Shown: piece after piece, positions 11,432-23,437 of the stretch
Position numbering within the stretch: position 1 is the stretch's first letter
Layout: each line of letters opens with the position of its first letter
Made by a program: the position numbers and the translations under genes
Notes under the pieces: model-generated
The model's database searches: none
What the model was told of the DNA's origin: nothing
Seen by the model: only the letters and a program-made list of their open reading frames with translations
NCBI RefSeq assembly: GCF_964204645.1
Contig: NC_134035.1
Coordinates: forward strand, 11,378,451 to 11,442,450
From: Tubulanus polymorphus
Taxonomy: Eukaryota > Animalia > Nemertea
Reading direction: 5' to 3'
Length of the DNA stretch: 64,000 nucleotides

Positions 11432-14400
11432 CTATGCACGAGGGCGAGAGCAGTCATGAATTTTGAATCGAGATTTGAACAATGCAAAGATCCTCTTGTT
11501 TACAATAAAAGCCAAAAAGACGAGATTCCCTTGAGAAGAATTCAGGACGTTAAAGAAGTACCAGAGGAAATCGTTGTTTACGAACGATGCTACGAACCCG
11601 ATGATCCAAGTAACTCCGGTCACCAGTGCCATACGAAAGAAAATAAGTGCCGTATTTCTTTTGTTTCCCGCCTGAACTGCATCGGATGATGAGATGGATG
11701 AGAGATAAATGCGAGGAACTGCAACGATGAACGAAATGACACTGACTAGGTCAAGAATTGCGATTGACAAAACGAAGGCAAACATCAGCAAAATCTTATT
11801 CCTGAACCAACAAGTATGAGCGCCACCGTAGATCATCCCAGAAAATCTCGTGATATCAGTCGATTCGAGGAAAACGCAAGGTCCGACTACGAGAATAGGA
11901 AAAAGCCATATCGACGACAGATAGGAAACTAGAACCTTCGAGGAATTTGATAATTTATGGAGATTTGTAAACGTATGCGCCATGTGGATGGATATTGCGC
12001 TCATCGACGCAAAAACAACCAACCAGACATAATGCTTTATGACGGCCATAATGACGCATAACAATCTGTCACTCAAACGAAAAGTAGATAAGTGTAGAAC
12101 CTGAGCTATTGTGAGACTTATACAAAAGTTAACGATGAGTTTCCCGGGGAGAGTGAGAAGAGTTGGAAAAATAAGATAAATGGAGACAGTCACTACGAGA
12201 CTAACGATAGAAAAACAACTACAAACAAACGTTACGCTAAAGTCTCGATTAGCAAATAGATCCGTAGCTCGACAAACCAAACCCTTTCCATTGACATACA
12301 CTCGAATGCAGTCCGTCTTTTTCGTTAAACATCTGCTCTTTTTAGTTATGTGTTCTTTGCCATTATACGTGGTCTGAAGTATATTGTAGGACATCAGTGT
12401 CCCATCGTTGCTTTGGTCTAGTGATGGTTCTTCGAGCTCAGGAATTTCTCCATCCATGTGTTCAGTCGTTGATAGTGTTTCCTCTTTGCAGTTTGAATTA
12501 ACGGTTAGACTCGTCATCACATAACTATATCTTGTATAGGTGACTATGCTTCCATCAAATTCGAACAGACACGTGATCCCAGACTTGTATTCGCTAATGG
12601 CGTGCTTCATATCGACAAAGGAAGTGTACTTTTCGAGTATCTCGTATTTACTGTATTCAAAATATCTTCGAAATGAGTTGTTAGCGATGGTTGTCATTGC
12701 ACCTATTTCAGTAAATTTTGCTTCACGATTGCTTTTATAACCGTAGTTGCATTGAAGACGGTACCAATACATCGAATCGTAGGCAAACATTTCCATGCGC
12801 AAGCGCTGAGTCTCAGTAAAAGTGATATAAAACGTAAAGTTTCCATGAATCTCGATTTTTGGCCATTCGTTGAAGTCAAGTTCACACTGGTCGCCGTTCC
12901 TGAGGTATCCTAACAAGCAACCCTCATCTCGGCATCCGTATGTTCTCTTATCAAATACTTTGGCACTTTTGGCGCATACAGTTTCCATGGGAAATAACGA
13001 AACGCCCGGTAAGCCTTTAGTATGGAATGTAATGCCATCAACCAGACTAAAATCGAGCAACACGTTCAAACCGTATATCCCGTATATCTTATGCCCGGAC
13101 CTTTCAATTATACAACTCAACGCTTTCTCAAACAAATCAGTTCGTTGACACCTCAAACAATATGAGTTACGGAAATATATCAACTGACCGTTTGATATAG
13201 CTGATATTGGATTATATATATGCTTACATTTAGTTCTTAAGATTACATTAGTTTCGCTTTGCGGACACATACTATTTTGGAAAACCAATTTGCGTGCGCA
13301 GCGGTGTATCAGTGCACGATGATATTCAGGTGGCGTATAAACTAATCGACAATCTTGCGGTAGACGGTTTTCAGTGTCAGTTGTGGTGTTCTTGATGCTT
13401 GCTATGATGTCATTTATTTTCATGTTTTCCGTGTAATTGTAAGAACATTGCAGATCTACCCTGAAGGGTCGCACTTCGCTGATGTTAAACCCGTGGCATA
13501 AAGCGCAATACATATTTCTAAACGGTAACCAGTTATCTATATAAACAGGTATCTCCGTAATTACGTTTGACGACAGGGATTCGCAATTTTGACGAATGGT
13601 TGGGTCTTCGGTGTAGCTATCAGGACATCGAGTGATTTCGAAAAACCGCTGTAAACCGCCGTCGTTCGCGCGTACCTCAATACAATTTACGTTAGGGAGC
13701 AGATTTTCTAGTACTTTGCGTGTAGTGCTATTTCTAGCACACGTTAAAGATTTGTGATCGCAGCAATTGTCCAAAACAGTGCATATGCAACCGTTATGCC
13801 GGGTACACGGATGCCATTTGTGTTGACAGTCCGCTACGGCAATGCCATCCTCGTCAAATTCGATCACTGGTCTGTGATATTTTCCGGTACGGATATTTGG
13901 AAAAGCATCAGCGTGTGATCCTCGGTGAGGCCTTCCATTACCTGAAATATAGAGAAAAGAATCTTTTTTTTGAAGCTGACCTTATCTGCCGATTAAAAAA
14001 ATTGATTCATCTGTGATAACTACGCGATGCTAAGATATTCGAAAGGCGATACTGGTGGATTATTAGATAAAACAACCCCCCGATTTGGTAGACCCATCTT
14101 CCTGCGTTTTTAGTGGTGAGATGCGCAATAAACCTCTCTTGATCTATTCGTCGTGTATCATAGCCCCGGATCATAGCATTTTTAGTAATGTTTTTAGATT
14201 ATCAATGAAATATTATTCATATTATGTAATACACATTTCCTTTAAAGATTCGTAGAAACAAATTGATATCTCGTAGATTTTGGACAAACCCAACAAACCC
14301 AAATAGACGTCAACGCTAGGAATCAACACTAATCAATTCATGCAAATTTATTACACCCGTGTATAAGAAGAATTTATACAAAACAATCCGATCCTTTGAC

Positions 14401-15459
14401 CATTCCATTCGATAAAACACCGCAATTACAGAGCATTACATGCAAAAAATCAATGATCAATGAAAATCCACCAAACCTAGACCACATTCAGTACCGAGCA
14501 ATATGAACTGTATCATAATGCATAGAAATTGATTTAATGTAATTCAAAAATTTCATTTCAGAAAACTTCAGGATTCGATAACCTGAATATCAATTCATCA
14601 AAGCAATTGGGAAAAATATTTCGAACCCAACCGAACAGAATCTAATATTCGGAGACTCTTTCATCGAGCTATGACACGGCTTTCCGCTTAACTTTGACCA
14701 CGGTCATCTGTACAACATTCAGGCTGTTCGATGTTGCTTCTATCCTTGGAGCAATCATCTACCCCAAGTTCTATCCAAGCTACTTACTCAATGCATTCTA
14801 CACAAGCAACACTATAGAACCTGGGCAGGTAACAATACAACATTTCTATATACAAATTGCCTATACAAACTATTCGTAAGCCTTTCCAAATTAATAAAAG
14901 TTACGTACTTTATTATCAACATTAGACCCCCTGGGGGACGAACCGGGTGGGGATTATCTCCTTAGTAAGGGTAAAGAAAAAATAATAGATAGTAATGCGA
15001 TTGGGTTTGCTGTGAAAAAGTAGAAAACCCTAATAATGATAATGATAAAAACATAATAGTGAAAACGATAGCAATAATAATGACAATAATAATACTAATA
15101 TAAAAAATCGAGAGAAAAGTAAAAGCGTTTTCTGTGAAAAAGCAGAAAACCCCAATAATCCGGAGTAAACAAATATGGTTTTTTGTGAAACAGTAGAAAT
15201 ACCTAATATCAGAGTTAATACAAAATTATGAGGTAGAAACTCTAATAGAGTTTCTGCAGAAAGGCGGTAAACTCTAGTGGCGGCATATTAACGATCTAAA
15301 ATTTATCACCAAACTCTACCTGTTTTGGCGATTTCATTCAGGAAATGAAACAAAATTCAAGTTGAACTTCATATAATGATATAACATAATTAAGTACTTA
15401 CAAAGACTTGTAAATAGTAGAAGAAATCGAAAGCGACCGAAACAGGTCATCATATTCAT
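11432..15459 (-). CDS. Methuselah/secretin(adhesion)-family GPCR with large Cys-rich ectodomain
   Basis: A 2.5-kb coding exon (13941-11432) encodes seven hydrophobic segments with family-B/Mth motifs (TLPGKLIVNFCISL, HYVWL, TGVTWI, NSSQG), an SMB-like C-rich start and two F-R-N-x-Y-C-x-x-C repeats. A probable signal exon at 15459-15402 (MNMMTCFGRFRFLLLFTSL, GTAAGT donor) matches in phase 1. Confidence 0.85.
14995..15270. repeat. Degenerate repeat with an (aat)n tract and repeated gtgaaaaag(t/c)agaaaaccc units
   Basis: Three to four imperfect units around an AAT-rich microsatellite. Probably the end of a non-autonomous DNA element. Confidence 0.45.
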
Positions 15460-16843
15460 CAGTCTTCTGCTACAGGACGTGTGAGCGAATAATCGAAACT
15501 GGTCAGACACTGCGGCCACGATGACTTTTATGGTATCACGTATCGACCTATCAAAATGAGCCGCATCTAATTTGTGTGATATTTGACGTATTCAACATCA
15601 TCAGACATTGAAAACAATATTCTGATAAAAGATTACGTGACTGATAATCAAAGCGACAACTGATGCGCGTGCGTGACTATCGATAATAAATTACCATCGA
15701 AACCAAATACTTCATTTTCTTTCGATTACGGTTGCATTTTTGTGAGGAAATGTGATTCTATACAGGGACTGTTTACATTATTTATATACATTCCGAGAAT
15801 CGAAAAGGTCTGGGTTAAAGATATTCCCCGGAGATATCTTATTAACAATACATAGTAATATAAAACCGGCCCCAGTTTTTTCAACAGTTCATTTTCATAA
15901 TGGATTCGATTAAATTGCTGTGTTGTATAACAACTGCTCTTATTTCAGTCAAAAGAAAACTTTTCAGCACGAAGTCAGACAAATCATATCAGTGTTATTC
16001 ACTTATTTTCTTCAAGCAAAATAACACTTGAGTTCGATTGCAAATTTTCACAAATTCACCAGACGAAGCTACTGCGAAATAATTTGCGAAAGCTCGTACT
16101 TGAAATAAACACGTTAAGCTATATGTACTATCCCATCTCGTTTATTTTGCTTGTGTTGATCATAAAACCTTACCTTTTGAGATGATTCGCCAAGGTTTTC
16201 ATCTTCTCAAACTCTGATTGTTCAAACTACTGACTAAGTTCGCTTATTTTATTACTCATCTATCGGACGACTATTTGGACAATTTTAGGCCATTTCTCCA
16301 AACAAGTACAGTTGGTTGTTACGAGGTGTTCTTCCAAAACATAGGATATTTCCAAATAAGGTTAAAAGAACGTATTTTTAAAATTCTAAAATCTTATATT
16401 CAAATCACTCAAAAGCAGACCTGCAAATTCTCTTAAATTAATTGAAATCAATAATCGTTTAACTTAATCCCTCTGTCTGGTTTCAAATCCTCTTTAATAT
16501 TCATGTAAATCGTTGAAAATGGACAAGAGAAAAATATCATACAATATATGTACAAAACATGACGATGAGATTAAGAAATCGTGTATATTTCTGTTTCTCC
16601 CGCAGAGAAACAAATGACGTCGAGCTTGTTCGTTCTCAGTGAGCTCATTTGTAGCAACCTTGAAATCAATGAATCGTCGATGGTCTATATCTCACGTGTA
16701 TTTACATGCTATATTGAATACGATGTCGATGACCCTTATATTACTTTCGCAGTGCATTTGAAAAATTAAAAGTGGATTTGCAGCTTTCGATACAGAATGT
16801 GAGAGTATGTTCGAGTTGTGTTAAAACGTATGTACGTAACACT

Positions 16844-18795
16844 TCAAGCGACTGTGACGTACTCCATTTTTGCTTCTCTATATTTCCAGCCATTTTTAGC
16901 GGGGACAATATTATACGGTTCCCTGTTCAATATACACGTTTTAAAGGTATTAGTGTCGTTAGCGTGGAAGCTGATAGATCGACAATTAACCAAGTCTTTT
17001 ACGCATTCGCTTATACAACTTGATAAAGTTGCCGTTCGCAACGTTTTAAATCCCGTATCCGGTTGCACCGTTATCTTGGCAAACTTCGTGGATATCATTG
17101 TTTTTCCAGTAAGTTCTAAAAATTAAATGTATATCAATAGAAATATGCAAACCATCCTATCATCGAGCAGCTTTAGATTGAAAGTGTTATACCGATATGT
17201 CATATTTGAAGTTTCACGAATATACATGAATTAATAAGACAATCGACTAGTCAACAGCAGTCATTCACAGAACTTTAACTAGTTCCAAGTATTCTACGAG
17301 TCGCCCTTTAGTATCGGAATTTCTCGTTTATTCGAGTGGGGTTTTTTTTACAAGTATTCATTCGTCATGAGGCCACTGTACGGGGGAGGGAATGATAAGT
17401 CATGACTTACCTATTACACATCTAACTTGTAAAAGGCAGGATCGTCGGCACCCGGCTCTACATCCATTGCCGACCTTATTCACTGAGTACATAAAAGCAC
17501 TTCCATAGCTAAACAGTGAAATATAGCAGTTGTTATTTTTTCAACACACGGATAGAATATTTAGAAAATATTTGCATTGGCAGCAATTCGAAAATGCTAT
17601 CGAAAAAAATATTATGGTGGCTGATTAGGTGCCAAATGAGAAAAAAAATTGCCACAGAAGGTTACTTTTCTTATTATTTCAACCAAATGATCCGAATCAA
17701 CCAAAAAATGATTTAAGTCGTTGAAACAGTTCTTAATCGGCGTAATCATATCATCGACACATTTAAACAAAAAATAATTACAAGTTATGCAGACTACACG
17801 ATAGAGCTGTAGAGCGCCAAGGACAGTATACAGAGGGGTCTTGGGTTGAATATGATGACATCGTGAAGTATAAGTTCTTTTTGTCTGTACAGGTCAGCTT
17901 TGTCTGAAAAAAATCGAAAATCATCTGGCAAAATTGTTGCTGCCTTTTGCTCCCAATTGAAACTAATTCTGTTCAGCTCATAAATCTTTTTTTCCAGTGA
18001 TTTGTTTCACGACTATTATCAATCAAAATAAAGCGGTGTTTTACATGTGGACATTTATGCTCATGAACAATGTATTCGAAGGTATATATTTAATCAACTT
18101 TGAATGCACGCACAATCAGGTGTACATACCCTCGTCGGACCCACCCAACCGCTGTTATAACAGTAACATGCATCTCCTTGAAACTTGGCACCATCCACTG
18201 CTCTTCCGCTTACTTCACAGCTACAATCGGTGTAAAAACTACCGGCCGGACATTTCACTACTGAAGCTTGGTCATTTGCCGGTCCAATATAATCAGATAA
18301 ATAGGTCTTTTCCAATGATGATCCTAATTAATTAGTAAAACGAAAAGCCAGTGATTTGATCCATTAGTTAATCATTATCAGGGACGACAGCCAGAATGGG
18401 GTGCAGTCCATAGCTTTTTTTTTTATAGCAAATTCATCCTAAATATCTAAATTTCCATGCATTTTGGGGCTACGTTTTCTGGGGAACTCGATTTCCGCGG
18501 TAGTATTTTCCTTATCTTTTTAGTTATTTTTTATCATGTTTCAAAATAACAAAATAATATTACAACAACGAGATAGATTTTATAAGAAGCTATTTTTGAA
18601 AAGACTTAATGAAATTTTGTTCGCAGTTTTCCAATCGATACATCATTATCGTCACATCTACATATCGATGGAATTACTAAGTTTCCTTGGCTTCATTACA
18701 AAATTTAGATCAATCATTTGAGTACGTATAAAATACCACTTACCTTCTTGCAATAAAAGAAAAAACAGGAATAAGCGGCCATTTCTAAAAAACAT
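16844..18795 (-). CDS. Small secreted Cys-rich protein: PCSK9-C/resistin-like module plus PAN/apple domain
   Basis: Exons 18795-18744 (signal MFFRNGRLFLFFLLLQE), 18323-18130 (DQASVVKCPAG..TDCSC..DGAKFQGDACYCYNS), 17474-17411 and 17115-16844 (SCISECVKDLVNCRSISF...CILN...GWKY, PAN pattern) join in frame. The exon 2/3 junction is the least certain. Confidence 0.7.
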
Positions 18796-20572
18796 ATTAA
18801 CGATATTCAACGTTCCGACAAGTTTCGGAATATCATCAACCACTGGGTACGTTTCAATATTGCGTTATAGTGCATAATTCACCGTTACAAGGCGTTATAT
18901 AAGTGAACAGAATTTTCATCAATTATTCAGAAAAAAAAACTATTATTTACTGAAAAAGTCTATATCGGTAATCGGTGTGTGTTTTGTAGGGAGTCGGTGA
19001 ATTGATTTTTACTCGAATGTCAAAAGGTCCAGAGGCCAGTGTATATAATTTCATGTGTTCATGATATTTTTGTACACTCGTAGCTATAGACTTAAAATAC
19101 GGCTAACTGTACGCTATTGCGTGAAGTCCAGGTCCGCGTTGTATCGAATCATATTGGGTCTGACTGATTTCAGTATAATATTCAACGTGGTCAAAGCTAT
19201 GAATAAATGAATGCATTTTGCTATATATATTGTTACATAATTACCAGGTGATAGAATGAAAATATATCCGATACGTCACATATATACCATGCCATACGTC
19301 ACCTACCTACCGGTAATATATAGATATAAAATAAGCCTAAATACCATAGCCAGATCGACACGGGTAATATATACCAGTATATGGTGTTTTAAACAATGTA
19401 GGACCATGGTGCAAAAATAAGTTCAAAAGAGGTTTATTTGGGGGGGGTTTGTGGGCACTAGACCCAGCTGCGTTGTCACAGCTGACAACTAAATTTTTAG
19501 ATTTTGAGTTTGAGGTTTATATTTTTCTTTTACACGTTCTTATTTCTGTTCAGTGTATGCGCATGGATTTTGGATTCAACAGGTCATTTTATTGTCTTGT
19601 ACGGTTTATCGATCGCTGTAAATCAGCTTAATCTGTAATTTTGCATAAATGTTAGAGCATTATTCACAGACACTGAGCCTTGGCAGTTAGTAAGATCCCT
19701 GATCTTGGACTATAGCATATGAAATTAATTGAACATCCATTAACTCGGCGAGTGTAAATCTTGTATTCTTCCGCATGATTATGCAGAAATGATTAGATTC
19801 CGTTTATTTGCTGTTAAACAAACGTATTTACGATGGACATGAACACTCGAGTTTTGATTATTTTCTGGTCGTCGGTTACACATTGAAAATAAAATTTTTC
19901 ATACGAACGGTAATTGTCGCCATTTCACCCATGATTTCATCTAAATCTATCCAATAAAATCATCATGCAAATGAAATCAAACTAATGTGGTAAAAATAGC
20001 AATTTGTTTCGTTCATCTCAATACCATTTATCTCATTGCATCGAAATAGATAAGTGATTTTGACACTTTCTCCGTTGTCTATTGGCGCCTCTGACGCACA
20101 TCACGAGGGCGAGCCTGATTCTGTTGACCCTTTGTTCCCAGTAGATTAAACATTCTATTATCTCTGGGTTAGCACGACCATCTCGTGTAGTATGGTGTCG
20201 GTGTGAAAGTTAATAAACACTAAGATCAAAATAGCAGAACTCGTTCACACAATCTAACTAACACCCCATTCATTCAGTGCAATCCTCATAAATACCGTGA
20301 AGATCTTCGACCAGTCATATCAGTTGCGCTACAAATTCATAATCCTGCGACAGTTAGAACACGTTTGCTCTTTCAAGATTCTCCCAAAAAGGAGGAAGAT
20401 ATATTAGTAAAGACAGTGCAAGATTTGTTGTTGAAGTGTGAAAAGAACCATCCTTTTTATCTGCTGTGTATCGGTCGGATTATCATTGGAAGTTGAATAT
20501 TCGTCAAAAATACGATTCGAGAACTCATAATCTTGATATCGCGAACTGCCGTGGTTTTTTTGTAATCGTAAA

Positions 20573-21628
20573 ATGGCGTCAAACGGAAATGTAACTCATG
20601 GTAGCGATGAAGAAGATAGCGGCGGCGACCAACTCGGGCATTACTGTGATTTATACTACGTATACTCGCAATCGCTACTGGACGGACCGATGTGGAAAGC
20701 CTGGCTGCAGTTTATCGTATCATTCGTTCTTACGACGTTCGGTCTCGCGGCAAACGTCATATCATTTGTAATCATGACTTTCACGAAAATGCGCAGACAT
20801 TCGTACACTGTTTACCTATCTGCTCTATCATTGGTGGATGTGGGTAACGTGGCCCAGCGTCTGGTAGTCTGGTTAAATTTGGCCAGTCTGTGGTTCGGTG
20901 GTCCACAGATAGTAAAACCGGTGAATTTAGCCACGAGTATCGTGGCCACGTACTGCAGTATTACATTGGCCGTCCAGAGTAGTTGGTTGGTTTCGGCGAT
21001 TAGTATCGAACGATTGATTGTGGTTTGTTTTCCAGTAATTGGTTATCGTCTTTGCACGAGAAAAGCGGCGATAATTATAACCGTTTCGACGCTACTGGCG
21101 GCGGCAGTCGTTATGACGTACATATTGATGCCAAGTTTTGAATTGGAGTTCCACCCGATAATGGGCTGTTACGTCGGCAGAAAAAGCCAAGTTACAAACA
21201 CTTTGATATCGGCGACGTTTATTTCTATTTTACCAATCACTTTGATCATCGCCTGCAACGCCTCCATAATCATCGCATTGCTCAGGCGCAAGAATCTCTC
21301 CGAATCTACAAACGCGGATCCATCTGAAAGAAGGAAGCGCGCTAGCGCTCTCAAGGTCACCAAGTTACTCGTAGCATTAACTACGACATTAGTAATTTGT
21401 TTGACACCGGCTACTATAGTGTTGATATGTATGTTCCTGTGGCCTGATTTCTTGTGGATCAGAGAAAATTTGTACGGTCCGGTGATTAATATTCTATGGG
21501 AGTTGAACTACGGGATGAATTTTGTAATTTACGTATTTACCTCGGCGGAAGTGAGAGGGTACCTCGCTTGTCGCGGTGGCTCTAAGCACAACACATCCTC
21601 GTCTCAGGTTTTCAACTATACCTCATAA
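20573..21628 (+). CDS. Class A (rhodopsin-like) orphan peptide-type GPCR, single coding exon
   Basis: 351 aa with seven TMs: GLAAN (TM1), LSLVD (TM2), SIERL (DRY variant), CLTP (TM6) and MNFVIY (NPxxY variant typical of FMRFamide-receptor/GPR139-like invertebrate expansions). Confidence 0.9.
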   Translation: MASNGNVTHGSDEEDSGGDQLGHYCDLYYVYSQSLLDGPMWKAWLQFIVSFVLTTFGLAANVISFVIMTFTKMRRHSYTVYLSALSLVDVGNVAQRLVVWLNLASLWFGGPQIVKPVNLATSIVATYCSITLAVQSSWLVSAISIERLIVVCFPVIGYRLCTRKAAIIITVSTLLAAAVVMTYILMPSFELEFHPIMGCYVGRKSQVTNTLISATFISILPITLIIACNASIIIALLRRKNLSESTNADPSERRKRASALKVTKLLVALTTTLVICLTPATIVLICMFLWPDFLWIRENLYGPVINILWELNYGMNFVIYVFTSAEVRGYLACRGGSKHNTSSSQVFNYTS

Positions 21629-22124
21629 CTGTGGAAATTGACTCTCCTAGGTCAGTTAATACAAACATTAAAAAGAAAGCTATGAATTAATTGGATCCAA
21701 TGTCATTGTTAAAATCAATGTATTTATATGTATTTTTCTTATCATCTCGTCATATCATATTAAACGTACGCTGTATCATTTCCAGATTCTATTGTATTTT
21801 CTCAGGATTTTCTTCTTGTAATGCGAGACAGATCTGGATCAAACAACTGTTTCAAGTCGGCAGTTCTTTTTCTTCGAATTCAAGCATATTTCATGGGTAA
21901 TAATATTCTGACAAAATTTATGTTTTTGTCAAGCGGGCGCCTATATAATATACAAGTAGATATTTCTGTTTTTTACGCTGATCGAGCTAATTCACATTTA
22001 AGTCTGGAGCTTGATTCGAGCGTTTTCCAATCGCTAAACTGCGAATAGTGGAAGAAGCACCGGGAAAACCCGTGCGACCACTGTTCATGATTATTGCGAA
22101 TTTTCGATGAAGCAGATGTGAAGA

Positions 22125-22970
22125 TAGTCAGTAACCTGTCTGTGGTTTAGTTTCACGATCGGATATTTTCACAAACCACAGTCAGGAATGGGAAGGTCAT
22201 TTTTGTATGAAATCTTCGTCAGCCAATTTGACTGACGAGTAATTTGCCTGGCATTTCATTGTCTCTTAAGATATCCGTCTAATTTTTGTTGTAATCGACG
22301 CACAACAGATTCGTAGTTTGTCTGATACCTATAACACCTCACCTGACGATCTTAATCCATGTGCAAATCGGCCGTAAAGTGAGAGTAAATTTCCGTAGAG
22401 TCAACAGCTGCCATTTTGAAAATTACTGGAGGTGCTGGCACCTGTGGACTGAGGCCAGGACAACAGCACAAACTAACAAAGCGAAACGACGAAATTGAAA
22501 AATATTAAGAAATCAACACTTATTCACATTTTTCTTTTACCAGAATTTATTATTTAAATATTAATTAAGGAAAACACGAAGATTTGAAATATAGGTTGGA
22601 AAACCATCAAAAATAAAAATTGTCGTTTCGTCTTGGAAGTTTTATATAAATCCTTGTAGGTCCCCTTGTCTTATCATGCCACATGTGCAATACAGAGAAA
22701 TGGCGGCCAATGGCGAAATTTGTGGAGAAATTAATTAATTTCTCAAAATAATGTTGATTAATCACTCGAAACATGCATAAAATTGGATTATTTCGAAAGG
22801 TACCTGTGTAAGTTTGTGAAATAAGCCATTAATTGTGGACTGAAGTGGATAGAAAGTATATTTTTGAAGTGTTACTTTTTTCAACCGTGTTTTGGCCCTT
22901 GTCATCCCTAACGTTGGTATAAGCCCATCCGATTATAAAAGCTTACCACCAACGATTAGGTAACTAACTA
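22125..22970. mobile_element. 846-bp non-autonomous DNA element, 9-bp TSD, family B
   Basis: TIR tagtcagtaacct / aggtaactaacta; atgtgaaga at 22116-22124 and 22971-22979. Its ends are shared with 41973-42074. Confidence 0.85.
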
Positions 22971-22979
22971 ATGTGAAGA

Positions 22980-23082
22980 CATCCTCGCTTGCCAGGGGTC
23001 CAGTATCACTCCCGAACTCGCTTCCACCAGCGGGGAACAGCTTTAAGCGTAGTGGGTTCGAATCCCTTGACGGGTGAAGATG
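22980..23082. mobile_element. 103-bp MITE, family A
   Basis: Near-identical to 8149-8250. TSD atgtgaaga at 22971-22979 and 23083-23091. Confidence 0.9.
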
Positions 23083-23437
23083 ATGTGAAGATTAGATTAG
23101 AGTAGATCTTTCGCGATCATGATTGAGCAGGCGCGTGTAGTATATACGAGCGCCAATCCGTTACTCGAACCGATTTTATGAGGGCGCTAAATTAAGTCGG
23201 AAACAATTGTTTGAGGCATACGGTCAGGAAATTTAATCCGGAGGAAAGTGCAATGAGTTGGCTTGATTTGAATAAAGCTTAGTTTATCTTGTAATTCATG
23301 TGTATTCTATTCTGTGAATTCCCTTGTAATGATTACTGTTCCTTTATTGCTTTTTATGCTTATATGTTTTATTACCTTTCTAAAGGACAATAAAGAATTG
23401 AATTGAATTTACGATTGACAGGTCACATGATCATAAA

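Noticed and set aside
11351-13148. + strand ORFs overlapping the GPCR, and + strand ORFs overlapping array exons
   Set aside because: Antisense shadows of real coding exons.
14180-14930. Possible decayed LINE ORF in the GPCR intron
   Set aside because: The composition is suggestive, but I could not read any diagnostic RT or endonuclease motif.
22980-23082. HDV-like ribozyme (TCCTCGCT equals the HDV L3 loop) or a tRNA gene
   Set aside because: The P1/P2 5' strands would lie in non-conserved flanking DNA and the GG for P1.1 is missing. There is no cloverleaf or A-box. TIRs plus a 9-bp TSD explain it as a MITE.
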